From Trichoplax adhaerens (lineage: Eukaryota > Animalia > Placozoa): a DNA stretch of 64,000 nt. Positions 43,582 through 60,500 of the stretch are shown piece by piece; within the stretch, counting starts at the first letter, position 1; every line of letters begins with the position of its first letter. The notes beneath the pieces were generated by a model. That model searched no databases and was not told the DNA's origin. It worked only from the letters and a program-made list of their open reading frames with translations. The stretch spans positions 4,483,454 through 4,547,453 of the forward strand of contig NW_002060946.1 in assembly GCF_000150275.1 (NCBI RefSeq), written 5' to 3'. A program made the translations under genes and the position numbers.

Positions 43582-44249
43582 CCTTCCCGTTAGACGAGTA
43601 GAATTGAAATGAAAGCGTCGAATAAAATTAGAGTAGCTAACTATTTGAAATAAGCTACTACGGTAAGCATAAATTCCCCTGAATTTGTACGTCTTGCCTT
43701 TTTTAGAATAACTCTATCGATATATTCATAATATTCAGCAGTGCGATTAGCTGCTGCAGCTGTGGAAACCCAACTGGCTGCAAGCCAATGTTAACCGCTT
43801 AAATAAGCAGTATACCGTATGATACACTGTTAAATCATCAAGCTTACAGTATGGGCAATGTCGTTCCCTTCTTCAGTCTGTAAGCTGGAATGCAAGCAGC
43901 ATGTATCGTCCATACATCCGTGCTGTCTGTCGAGTGAAAGGACAATCGAGTACGGTGGTGTGCTGCAGAAATGCAGATGGAAGGCGACAAAAAATAATAA
44001 TAATAATAAAAATAATATACAGTACAGTCTATTATATGAGCAAGCCAGTTAGGTATAAAGGCATCGCCAATACTGTATTTGCCCGTCTATATGTAGAGGT
44101 TTTCTTACCTCTATAGGGCATTTTGTGCAGACTGGAGACTTCTGCATAGTACCGTTAACATGAAGCTACTGGTCATTGCTAGTAATTGCAATTTTTGCGT
44201 AGTCATTTTAAAAGCGCTAGCTCAGATTCCATCTTGTGGAGATTGTAGA

Positions 44250-44312
44250 CATACTGTACAGTGTGTACAGTACAGTACAGCAAGTACTTTAGTAGTGTAC
44301 TGTACTGTATGC
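44250..44312. promoter_or_regulatory. TACAGTA/TACTGTA motif cluster (PUS7 side of bidirectional promoter)
   Basis: catactgtacagtgtgtacagtacagtacagcaagtactttagtagtgtactgtactgtatg. Confidence 0.4.
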
Positions 44313-44396
44313 ATGACGATTTAACTTGGAAGTTTTAAAAGTTAGCTTAATACTAAGCCAAGTTTATGAGCTCTCCGAATCGAAAGCCGCAGACTT

Positions 44397-45066
44397 TTCG
44401 AATCCTATTTCCTGTGGTATTGTAGCTTATGGATGATGTTATTAGTAAAGTCAGTGTGGTAAGCCATGGATTTCTAGATACCTCAAGGTATCTAAAAGTC
44501 CGTAGCTAAGCGCTAGAACAAGTTTACACTACAGTATTCTATCGGCCTGTACTATCCTGCAAGAAGCCCCCTGCTTTGGCATTGGGGCTTGGCCAGATCG
44601 CCAAGTCTTGTCGCCCTCCAAGTTCGAATCCTATTTCCTGTGGTATTGTAGCTGATGGATGATGTTATTAGTAAAGTCAGTGTGGTAAGCCATGGATTTC
44701 TAGATACCACAAGGTATCTAAAAGTCCGTAGCTAAGCGCTAGAACAAGTTTATCTTACAGTATGATATCAGCCTGTACTATCCTGCAAGAAGCCCCCTGC
44801 TTTGGCCTTGGGGCTCGGACAGATCGCCAAGTCTTGTCGCCCGCCAAGAGAGCGACCTACTGCATTTCCTGTGGTATTGTGACTTATATATGATGTTATT
44901 AGTAAAGTCAGTGTGGTAAGCCATGGATTTCTAGATACCTCAAGATATCTAAAAGTCCGTAGCTAAGCGCTAGAACAAGTTTATCCTACAGTATGATATC
45001 AGCCTGAACTATCCTGCAAGAATCCCCCCTGCTTTGGCCTTGGCCAGATCGCCAAGAGAGCGATCA
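44397..45066. repeat. Young tandem repeat, ~226-231-bp unit, 3 near-identical copies, hairpin-rich
   Basis: Copies start at ~44397, 44623 and 44860 and share atttcctgtggtattgt...gatgttattagtaaagtcagtgtggtaagccatggatttctagatacc.caag.tatctaaaagtccgtagctaagcgctagaacaagttta... Confidence 0.95.
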
Positions 45067-45204
45067 GGAAACGTGTTGGGACACATACTGCCGACTATTA
45101 TTCTATGGACAGTACTGCAGCGCTAAATACACTTCTCATCCAATACAAACTTTATTCTTTTTTGACGTCTTGTTGGTAATTACCTGGAAGTGCAATTACG
45201 TCAT

Positions 45205-45290
45205 AATATGTACTGTACTGTACTACATCGCTACTACTGTACTGTACTCTACAGTGTACAGTGTACAGTACAGTCCGTTCTACAGTCCTG
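45205..45290. promoter_or_regulatory. TACAGTA/TACTGTA motif cluster upstream of HMCES
   Basis: tgtactgtactgtactac...ctactgtactgtactctacagtgtacagtgtacagtacagt, 80-165 bp upstream of ATG 45371. Confidence 0.45.
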
Positions 45291-45370
45291 GACACTTCAA
45301 ACAATGATATGTATAAAGCTGAGGTGACTTCAAACGTGATCGTACTTCAAGCGGCTCCTTTTTAGTAAAC

Positions 45371-48300
45371 ATGTGCGGTCGGACAGCATGGTAAGTGGAG
45401 AGAAATGGATTGCAATTTTATGTCTAAGTATCTTCTCTCTTTTTATAGTGGAAAATCTGAATTGAATGCATTGATAGGAGATGCACAACAGTGTTTTGTC
45501 ATTGTTGTGCAAATACCGAAAGAGTAGAGTAATGGGATGATGGCGATCGTTGCAATAGTTTGTTGACAATGATGTAGGAAATAGCGACCTCAGCTAGATG
45601 ATGCAACATTGTTTTGCATCGTTTGTTATTTTATTCTTACGGGTATTACCCAATTCTGTTGCATCGTTTCTATACCATTCCTTTCTATCGATCTTAGCAT
45701 ATCTTAGTGATATTATATCAACATTGGATGGATAGGTATGTTCCAATGGTAGCAGTGGAAATATCCAAGGTTGATGCCAACGTATTATCATCGCCTTGAT
45801 CAAGCATACTACCCTGGCTTAGCTATGAATGACCGCATCCTTTGCAGTTTTAGACCTATTGGCATACACCGTTTTTTATTTTTACACTGTTATAACCGGT
45901 ATATATACAGTATACGTTTACTTTTTTAAGAATAAATTGCTCAATTTGTTGCACCAACAACATACGTACTGTACTGTACTTGTATTCCACCTTGTTGACA
46001 CGAGATGTCAACGAACTGATACAGGATACAAATCATGACTACAATTCCACATCTGGCCTGACGAAATGACCAGCGAGATAACCTGGTCGCTCATATTTTA
46101 CACCTGAGATCAACATGGATATACGACTCCTACGCTTGTTTTTGCATGATCAAATTTAGAGCTATAGCCTGGTCAATACAAGATGTGATTGATTACTTTA
46201 AGCATATTCCAACAACCCTTACGAAGGATGCCGTTTATTTTATTTATTTATTAGACCTAATCCTATTACTTTATCTTGGCTCGTTGCCATCTAGAGTAAC
46301 TGACATGATAATACTCCCATTCTATATAATTATTATATAGAATATGATAATTAATTATTTTGGGGGATCTCTAAATTGTCCTGAAAGCTTTTCACTGTAG
46401 GCAGTCAAGTAGTGAAGTATGTGTGGCAATTCATTACATCCAAATATAATATAGCATTTTGAATGCTCAATGACTGTACTACTATCAACAGTGTAACGTT
46501 TTTATTATTAAGGTATTAACGAAACTATCTTTCACCTGTCTACATATTTAAGTACACTGCCTCCTTCAAAACTACGACGTGCTTGCCGATATAAAAGTAA
46601 AGACAACAAAGTTACTGAACCGAGATGGAAAGGTGGAAAGGTTGGAAGATACTACACCTCACCAAATGTTGCTCCCATGTCTTGGACGTAAGTGTCATAT
46701 ATGCATAGGAAAGCTTGAATATAATGATTTATGACCTAACTATGTTGTATTGTATATTTCGATTGCATCGTATGTTATATATATATATTATTATCGTATA
46801 TTAGCATTTGCACCTTTTATATTTGGTTTTCATTAAGACCAAACTATATTAAAACTTAAGTTACTTCTGACATTATTTTTAAAGTTTTTAAAGATATTTT
46901 CGCTATAACTGATGACCGATATGCCTGACAATTACTTTTAATATTTGATCTTCAAATCAATAGCATATGGTCTGAAGTAATGTTTGCAAACTGAAAAATT
47001 TTTAGTATGTCGTTGCGGAGACTGTAATTGCTAGTATACTTTTACAAACTACTATATTGGCCAAGACCTACTACAGTGATAAAACGTAATAGAGTCTTAA
47101 CCTCCTTACTTATCTTGCTACATGAATAGTACGATAAATTGTTGTATGACAAAATAAACTAGCGTACTACCAGTAAGATCGTTGTTAGCTTTTCATATAA
47201 CCAGTTTCTACATGCCGTATTTTGTAGTGAATATGTCAGTATATTGCCAGTCTAACCATTTGGATACATCAAATATTTATTGTACGATTAACGGATTAGC
47301 CAATATCTCTATGTAACGATAAACTATTTCTATTCCATACAGCCCTGTATTATTGTCAGCTAAACATGCACAAAATGATCCCGATGTCGAAGGGGAAAAA
47401 TTAGATAGTAGCGATCGTATGCTGCAAGTGATGCGTTGGGGCTTAGTTCCTGCTTGGTATAAGAAGGATTTAAAATCTTTTAACCTATCCACCAATAATT
47501 GTCGCAGTGACGGAATGTTGGATAAAAGAATGTTTTCAACTCCTCTAAACAGAGGTCGTCGATGTGTGGTCTTAGCCGATGGGTAAATTGGAAATAACTG
47601 TCTGTTTTTAGCATTAATGATCGCATATAAATACGTGCCAATATTCATCGTGCTATGCTACTTTTGATTTAGTTATTATGAATGGAAGACTACTAAAGAT
47701 AAGCAGAAAATACCACATTTAATTTTCTTTAAAAATGACGTTGAATCATCTGATGCAGAAGAGGAAAATGATGAAGATGACCAAGCTGTTAATGTTCGAC
47801 CTAGAAGGAGAGTCTTGACCATGGCCGGCGTATTTGAAATATGGCATCCACCTAAGGTTTGGGCTTACCGTATACTTTTGATTACTACCGGAATTAAAAT
47901 TCTATAATAGCAAGTAATCAAATACCCTGTCTATTAATTATAGACTGAGGAAGGTCCGAACGATCCTATTTATGCCTATAGTATTATAACGGTTGATGCC
48001 TCACCCGCAGTTTCTGGTATTCACCATCGTATGCCGGTAATGACATTGAATGTTAACTTATTACAGAAATTGCGTAATATCATACTTTACATGGTCTTAA
48101 ATGAAAAGTTAAATGTTAAAATTAGGCGATTCTTGACGGTGATGAAGCTGTTAGTCAATGGTTGGATTATGAAAATGTCCCTCTGTCAGAAGTGCGTTTT
48201 GTTAATTTAATCTTTACTCGTACGCCTACATTCAAAAGTTCATTTTGAGTATGGATGTAATAGCTTAATTAGAGGCTTCACGGAATAATAGTGGTGTAAT

Positions 48301-48834
48301 AGCTACGTTTTATTTATTTGCTTTAATAGGCTGCCAATCTCATTAAACCGCTGGATACACTGGAACATTTTCCAGTCTCTTCGTGTGTTAACAATTCGCG
48401 TAATAAATCTTTGGAATGTATGGTGAAAATTGAAATGTAAGTTTTACCGCGATCATTAATAATGATGGACTTATTAATTTATGTGTATACAGTATATACG
48501 TCATGATAACCCTTTTAACCACTACTGATTACGGTTGATAGTAAGCCGCCTTCGGAAAGAAAGGGCACCTTATTTAGCTATTTCACCAAGACTCCTAAAG
48601 TTAAAAAAGATTCGTCAGAAGATGATAGGTTAGCAGTACTGTTGCTCCTACTTTGCCTTCTGATGTGCTTGAACATTTTGTAGTTCTCTTTATGGTGCAC
48701 TATACATTAGAGAAGTGAAATAATTTAACATTGATATGCTCTATTCCACTTCATTCAGTAATACCGCCAAGAGAGAAGCTGACTCGAGCAATGGCTCAAG
48801 CGATGCGAAAAAGATTAAAACTGAACAAAGTTGA
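45371..48834 (+). CDS. HMCES: SRAP-domain abasic-site-processing protein HMCES (9 exons)
   Basis: Exon 1 (45371-45390) MCGRTA(C) with the catalytic Cys2; NVAP; MRWGLVPAW; NCRSD; RRCVVLADGYYEWK; TMAGVFEIW; YSIITVDA; IHHRMPAIL; VNNSRN. Stop TGA at 48832-48834. Confidence 0.95.
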
Positions 48835-49426
48835 AACAGGCCATTCAACCTAATTAATGTAGTCAAATTATATCAGAATGATTTATGTAATGTCTTAGAA
48901 CCATTTTAAATCACTATAAATTCATTAGTATCGCGTATGATTCCGTGTAAAGGATAGTGTTTTTATTATTTAAAGATATACACGTTACGAACTACTGTAG
49001 CATTATTTAAGGACTATTATACATTATGATTCGGGCTATCTGAAAAATGCACAATTTTAAATATATCAATCACGAGTTGAAGTTCAGTTTTATTGATTTA
49101 ACAGTGTAAACAAAATAATATTTAAATTATAGTTTCACTATGATTTAATGATGTTAACAGCACGTAATCTTCTATGTAAACGTTCCTGGAGGCTTTATAC
49201 GTAGGCAATGATGTCTATGAACAGCTAATAAAACGATTTACTATACGTTTCAGCGGCTAATGTGCAGTAATTTTTGACTAGTACGAAAGCATTAATTAAT
49301 TTAGACAATCAATAACAACATCATTGAAAGCAGTTGTTACCTATACAATGCTTTTTATGCATTTAATACAGCATGATTCAGAACAATATTTTATAATGTT
49401 GAATTTGGAGAAAAAATTTACATAGC

Positions 49427-52297
<2,871 letters not shown>

Positions 52298-54560
52298 CTA
52301 CTGTCGTCTGGTATAGCTCGTCTATTAGTCATGCAGTATGGGATTTTGTCTACTGTATCATACAGTTGGTATGTGGTTGTAGCAGCTGCAGCAGCACGAT
52401 TCACTTTGACCTAGTGTAGCATTACGTCGTTAATGATATAGAGTCTAGTATGGCAATTTTCCACCACGCTCACACGATACTCAGCATCGTCCGGTCATCT
52501 TGATTAGACTGCTGGTTTGAGATCTTTTTCCTCCATTGAATCGTCTTAACTTTCTATTTCTATCAAAATCGGTTCTATCCCCTTATAGCAGAACCTTACA
52601 GCTATGTTTCTTACTAATTGTCATACATCTTATGTTATTCATGGTCTTAGACTTGAGTAATTGCAGAGTCTTGTTGGCGATATTTTAGCTGAGTTGTCGT
52701 TCGTTTATTGGCTAACGCTAGCTAAATCTGTTTTACTTTATGGTGCATGTTCAGTAGATAGAAATAGTTCTATGCCATATACTTCAAGAAGCTATAGACT
52801 AGAGGTTATAGGAATAGAAAAAAGAGTAGAAGTAGGGAATAAAAGTTTCCACTAAGAAGAGAGTGTATACAGTAGTCTCTTTACTGTGAGTTTTCCCCGT
52901 TGTTAATCTCGATTTGTAGCATCTCCAAATTTCATCGTGCTGAAAGCTGCACCAGTCTTACTTAAGTTATTGAATGATTATTTTAACTTGTTTCTTCAAC
53001 CTAGCAATAGTACAGTAATAGGCAATACAGTAACTTGCAACGTAATAAATTGACATTCAATAGAGTAATAGACAACGCAGTCATCCTATGCAGCAGCATA
53101 GCAATCAATTTAGGGGCCGAAAATGAATCCTGGACTTTCCATCTGATCTCGTACAACGGCATTCATGACTACGATACCTAGAAAGTCTACCTGACTTTAT
53201 TCCGTTCATATTTCTACCCTTTATAAAATAACATTGGTGACGGAAAATGGATAATAAACTTTCCATTTCTTAATAGTATCTGGCTTAATTTCAAAGGTGT
53301 TCAAATCCTTGACAGCTACGTAACCTGCACTACGACACTATAATACTACAGAATATATTTGACAAGATAACTCTACCCGACTTTATTCAACTAAAATGAT
53401 GGACAACTGTACAGCAAGTACTACCTTAATACAATCTATTCTTCATTAAAATATATCATAAGGAGAAGGGCTTGTGCTAATAACTCCTGTTTAAATCTCG
53501 AACACGAAATCGATAATAGATCCACTCCATCATACGTCATAATTACCGATATAGAAAGACGCGAAATCAACACTCATGGCATGACCACAAACTCTTAAAA
53601 TAACTTTATTACCCTTAAATTGTTTTTCCCAAAATAATATCATATTACCGTATAGTGTACAATATACTGTACACTCATATGACATCGTAGAAGAGCATAA
53701 AAATATATGTGTAGATAGATGTGCTTATATCCGTCATAAACTAGACTAGCATTAGTCACGTAAGAAATCGCGATCAATTGCATCGTACCCTTAGGATACT
53801 ACAGACAATTGCATCTGCATTTCCTCCTAGGGTAGTACAGCGAATTAAATAGACGTAATTATAGGTATAAAATCAGCTGGAGGCAACTGCACAAACCTGT
53901 CATCCAACAGACATTGCTCTATTAGTAAATGAGAAATTAAGATTGATTTCATTAAATTACAAAAAAAAAAGTAGATTATGCACTTATAAGCTAGACGCGT
54001 ATTTTTGAAGTTATCCGATATGAAAAAAAAGATGGTAGTAGCCATTAACAATTTAAATTGGATTGGTATGCAAAAATTATACACCTTTGCACCATTGAAG
54101 GGGAAAACATTATAAAATATCCCCTGTTGTAATGAATTATAAAAAATAAAAATGGAACCATTTACCTACAACAAGGCATTCCATTTACTCCCACTAAACT
54201 AACTATTAATCGTTTAACTTGATATGGAGTTGAGAAATAATTAAGGAATATCGATATTTTTTAGACGGTACCTATCAGTTAGTTAAAATTTGCTCCAATT
54301 CCTTAATTACACAAGACCAATAATATATACTGGATGCATTGGTGTCTGTATGTACGAGTACGTAATAGCTACGTAGTGTGTACATTTCTACAGTTTACAG
54401 CATGAAGACACTTAAATAACAAATAATATATCGATATGATTTTAACAACAAAAATTTCAATAAGGCTATGAAACATTATTGGCGGATAGTTTAATCAATG
54501 AATATAATATTCAAAAGTAGCATGATGTAAGAGGTCAGTAAAAATAATATTTGTCCTCTA

Positions 54561-57500
54561 CTAATGATAATATTCGTCAACAAAGTTGAAATTATCCGGT
54601 TCAGGAGGAATAGGTGGGGGCAGCTTTGGTAATTTGACATTTTCTATCTCTAACAGTCGAAGTCTGATATCCATTTTGATCAGCGTGTTAAAATCATTAT
54701 CAGCTTCCGCACTCGTCATCTAATTTTTGCCATCAATGAAGTAAAATAAGCTTGTTTAAAATCGAAAAGGATAATATTCTTGTCCAAGTCATTAAAATGA
54801 GAATTGATATTCAATTTGCATTTTTATGTAGCTTTCAGTTATTACAATCTATCTATATAAGGAATAATTAGCGTAATCTTTACAAATTTACTTACTTCTT
54901 TGCCTAGCAAACATAGAATGCCGTCGCACCATATGGAGTGCTACAATTTGAAAGTAACGAAGCTTGGTATTAGAAATAGAGAGCACTTTCAATAACTGTC
55001 TAATGCTTTAAATGCTTCCAGTTTAATAACTACTCGCATGTATCTATATTTTAGCAGTATCTGTGCAAAAGTGAATAGCCATTATAAGAAGGGTTACTAG
55101 TTCTAGTATATTCATATCCCTATGCTTATTTCACTCTATTTATTGAAATAGTGCATACATAATCAAATCGAAACTGCAAGAACATATAAGACGTGATCTT
55201 AAAATTGATTATCCTAATGCTGTATGATGGCTATTGATTAATTTATATTCGATTTAAACTTTACAGTTGTAGAACTTACTGTCGCTTCTCCATTACAAGC
55301 TAAATTAAGCTCCTGAATATGATTATCTTCATCTTTATAGTAAATATTCAATTGATAGGCCGACTAAAAGATCAGGATAATTTTATTCCCACAGATGTTA
55401 GAGGTAATAGCGATAAGCAGATCATAACTTTAAAAATTGGCTTCGTAAAAGTGTAAATTTTGAAGCAACATCGAAAAGACAATTAAGTGAAAACTCACTT
55501 TTGGGCCTCTTCCTTTTTGAGCTTCATTATCAGTTTTAACTTCAGTTATATCTGTTACAGGGACTAATTAATATTATCATAGGTTAAAGATAATAGTAGT
55601 GAATAATGGAATCGATTATAGTAATAAGATTAAATAACGAGTTTAAAATAGTTATAGTATGTACTTTTCTTGGACATTTCATCTAATTGCGGAATATTAG
55701 AGTCTTCTAATTCTTTATAGTGTAGAACTTTGTAATTTGGAGAAAGACGCATAGCAAGATATCCTCTCTCTGAAACATGGTTATGAAGTTTGAAATAAGC
55801 GCGATGATTATAGTTTAAATTAATGACACTAACGTCATGCTATGACCGTATTAGCTTAATCATGATTGAGTAGACGTACCCTTTTTAAGTGCTTTAACAA
55901 ATAATTCTCCTTTGACTAACTGATTTAAACGCTGCAGATTGGTATAAAAAGATGCATTTTAATTAGTTAAAATATTTATTTCAAGGTCTGAAAATATTTA
56001 CAACAAGTCTAATTCTCACGAGATTAGAATCGATCATATTTACCTGCTGCTTTATTAAAGCTTTAATTTTAGGTGTCAAGCGTCCAGTTAATTCTCTAAA
56101 GGTGATGAAAGACAGAAGCGAAATTTAGCGCTTAAACTTAACAACTACAGAGCAGAGATAAGTAATTTCTGAATTACTTGATAACTTTCTCTTTGCAGTT
56201 CTTTTCTATCGTATCTTGAATATCAGAGTGTAATAGCTTCAGTATTTGGTTAAAGTTCAATCGTGATATTGTAATCTGTAGTAAGGCAATTTAAAAATTC
56301 CAATTCAGAGAATATATTTTCAGGATGATAGATATCGCTCAAACCAGGTTAAAAGAATAATACCTTAAAGATATCAATTGTAGTTGGATTATCACGCAAA
56401 CTTCTTGTAATTTGCTCTTGAACGATATTTAAAACCTATCACAGTCATATTGAGCCGAGGTTAGTATAAAAATAGCGATGGAATACATATTCATAACTTG
56501 AATATAACAGAAATAGAGTCAAGCAAAGGTTAATTTAAATGAGGTAGAGCATATCATAAAGCATGTTTTCAATAAATAAGGCTCAAAAGTTTTTAAAAAC
56601 CTTGTTAAAATCTTCAGAAGTAGCATGCATTTCTTTCCATGTCTTGCTCCAAATTTGAATACAGACGCAAAATAATTCCTCGAAAACCGTATCGGAATCG
56701 AAAAATACTTCGATGTAGGAATCATTCTCATTTAAGGAAAATGCTATGTGATTAATAACAGATTTCATTAAAGATAGAATCAATCAGTAACCAATGGCTT
56801 AAAGTAGAGATATCATAATATAAAACTGTAGCCGCTGGGTACTTATAAACTAAACTAGTAAGAATAAATAATGACTAAATCCATTTGAGTGATATACTTT
56901 TGCACGCGTAATAAATTTAAAGTCATTCAAATTGTACTTATATTGCAATATCGGCAAATTACTGTAGCACTTATGAATATGCGTATATAAATCGGCTACG
57001 CTACGCAATTATTTTTTAGTAATTTTGTTGTAAGATATATTACCGAGTACCTAGCACAATATTTTTAATTAAAAAGCTCTGTAGTAGAACAAAGTCTTTT
57101 ATTATCAAAGATTATGATTTTCAGTCTCTTTCTATTATTACGTTCCGGTTATTAGAGTATTAGCCAATCTTACATGCATCTCCAATTTTTAGTAGATTGC
57201 ATAATAACTTTGTCAGTGCAATACTTGATTTCATGAATGGACAAGCTTGACTATCATTACATCCACAATTTTCCAAAATAAACTACAAAAAGAAACCAGT
57301 AAAAGAGTTACACATGATGCAAGACTAAAAATGCTAGAATCTGATCATTTCATAATAATAAATTAGTAATATGGTATACATCAATTAATCATCAAGAAGA
57401 AGAATCGTGTACTACTTTCTCTTAAAAATATGCCTGCTTATAGATTTGTACCTTCCTAAAATTGTCGTTTTGTTTATTGGAGAAGAAAATCATATTATCT

Positions 57501-60500
57501 AAAGCCAAGAGACCAGATGGTTCATCGTTCAAGTCAAGTGTGGGATCTCTTGGATTCTGGGATAAAGCGATTAACAATTAGGTTAATTTAAAACTAAACC
57601 GTAATATCATTTTTTACTTAGATGTGACACAGTTTACGCTAGTATTAAAGGTTGAGTGAGTGGAATTGTTAATGATCATTAAGAGTAGGGGAAGTAAGAA
57701 TCCTTTTCTTCTAACATACTCATAAGACGGATAAATTAGCCATATCATAAATTATTCTCTGCACAAGGTATAATTAAATGGTTATAATTATAGCAATAAG
57801 TCTACATTGGAAACATTAGCGTAATATTTTCACTTTTTAATCGGATAATATACATCAAATATCCTTGTAAAAGACTCATTTCGAATTATAATTAAAGATT
57901 AATGTCTTCAGATAGTAATAAAAACAACTTTATTCTGGTATAAGTTACTTATTAACATGAATTCTATTTACATGCGGTCCAGGAGCAGTCACCGATACTG
58001 CAAATAATTGGCAATAAATTAACTCTGTCTATAACAGAATATATCTTAAGTAGGATTCCTTACCATACTGCCTAAGATCTTGAAATCCGTTTCGTTATTC
58101 ATTTCAATCTCTTCATCAGCGCCAGCAACAGCATAGACACCTGCTTCGCGAACTGTTTTTCGTAGCTGATCCAGTTTACTCTTTACCTACGGAAATTAGC
58201 AGTAAAAGAATCATCAAATGAGGACATGAAATGTTTCCTATCAAAATATAAATATTTTCCGCATGGATAATCAGTAAAGCTACTATACTAGGTCTAAATT
58301 TATTAATACGATCCATACGGATAGTTGTTATGTTGACTTTTTAATACACATTTCAACTCAATTTCATCTGATATATCGCGAAAATCAATCTAGTTATTAG
58401 CTCAGACCTTATCAGGTGTTATTGAAGATAATGACATGCGTCCAATTAGAGTATTCAACATCAAATGCTGGAAAGCAAGTAACTGTTGAGACTTTCTTTT
58501 CTTGGAATCGCTTTGCCTTAATTCCCTTATACCACCACTTCGACGGATAACATTCTTTAAAGGGTAATAATAATGAAAAGAATAATACCCTTAGTTAATA
58601 ATTATATACTTAAAAGGATTCTGAAATGAATTGGCTATTAAATTCTCAACGATTTTGTTTGCCTACCTTGACAATTGTATCCCGAATGTCTTCTTTATAG
58701 ATAATTTCTCTGGTTGCCTGCGATATAACATATTGGTGTTATTATAAGGTACTAAAAATGCCTTCCTTCTAAGACATGTAGTCAATTAAATAAATGCATG
58801 AAAATTCTATATGCATCTTATACATTTCTGAGGCTTGCAAATAAATATTACCGGTACTAAACATGTAATTGCTACTGTGAAATAAGCTTTTTAAAATTGA
58901 TTCCTTTTTGAGGATTATGATAATTAATCGTAATATAAAGTAATAGTATAAAAAATATGAATTGGCTTTCAAATATCCACGTAAGTTATGCTGTTAATAA
59001 ATTCAATCTGTCAGTCTGTTAAGTTTAGGAAAGTAGATCATCTACATATACCGGTACTAAACTTAAATGGAAATTTCAAAGCATACGAATATTAATGACT
59101 ACTTAGAGAGATTTAACCTTCCAGCTACTTCTGTCAACTTTTCCTTTTAAGAGAGCAACAATCAGAGCCAATGAACTACTCTGGATATCATCATCAGTCC
59201 TATAAAACGAAAAGAAAACTCATCTTACGTAATTGGGAAGTAATCTACAGAATATCTCAATAATCCATGATATCAACCTTTTACTTTTTAGTATGAATAT
59301 TAATAATTTCCGTTCCATCTCTTACGTATATAAAATTAATTTTAAGCATTTCAATTGGCAATCATTCTTACCACTCTAAGCAACGATTTAATAACCCATA
59401 TGATACTTTTTCGCTAATTTCTTTATATAAATCAGGGCTATATCGATTTCCAAAAAGCAATTAATGCAATTCATAGACATGGATAAGTATATAAAGCATA
59501 ATATTAATGCTTACTATTTCGATACACCATCATGAAAAAATTCCAATGATTGCACCACGCTTTTTACAGCTATTGGTGAATTTTTAGCAGCTTGCTCAAT
59601 ATAGGTTACACACTACAAATATAATTATATTTAAGCTAGACATCAAAACAGAATCATCCATGATCATAAAAACGAGTTTATCGAGCAAAATATATCATTA
59701 CTTTATCAATGATTTTATGGATTGCTTTATCATTCCAATTAATTTTTCCAAGTTGCCATAAACCTCGAACACACTGGAGGAAAGAAGCAAAGCAATCTTG
59801 CTGACTATTGTACAATAATAAGAATTAGAATTTTTTGTTAAGTCTTGATTATAAGGAAAATATTTACTTAGTTACTGTTGAATTGCTGTACTATAGGGTC
59901 AAAGTTTATCATGGCTAAGTGTGTAGCTAACACTGGAAATTAATAGACTCAGCGGTAATCATATTTTGATCTTAGTTTAAGGACAGCAAATATCATTTAT
60001 TAATTAATATTGTAATATACGCGTAGATGATATTCACCTAGGTAGATAGTGATTTAGTATGGTACTTGAAAATATAGTTAAGCTATTGAATTACTTTCAT
60101 AGTCAATTTTCAACTTCAATTATATTTAGATGATTAATAACTTACATTGATTCTTCCAATCTTTGCAGAAATATTGTTAGACCTCCACGTTTTGTAAATT
60201 CATCAGCAAATTTAGATCGCTTTAAAATGATATGAGTATATAATCTATTAATCATTTAATATTATACTTGACAAATAATGAACGTGTAATATCTAAATAG
60301 GTTGTCAAACTTGATTTGAAAAGATTTATGTTGATAATTTCTTCAATTTATAAAGTTACTGTCACCATAAACTGTAGTATCCAAAAATGCCATTTTACTT
60401 ACGCCAGCGTAAATTGCCAATCGATTAATATTTGCTACAGTTCCAGACAAGTCTACTAATCCGTTAAAGATCTCTTCAGCAATTACATCCTGTAATAATG

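Noticed and set aside
44397-45066. Hammerhead ribozyme, U5 snRNA or C/D snoRNA identity for the three-copy repeat
   Set aside because: No CUGANGA...GAAA core on either strand. The TGCTTTGGCA loop resembles the U5 3' stem, but there is no Sm site or loop I. The ATGATG box has no consistent D box.
46055-46100. CTGACGA followed by a short hairpin in HMCES intron 1 as a hammerhead
   Set aside because: No stem II closed by GAAA and no stem I/III pairing.
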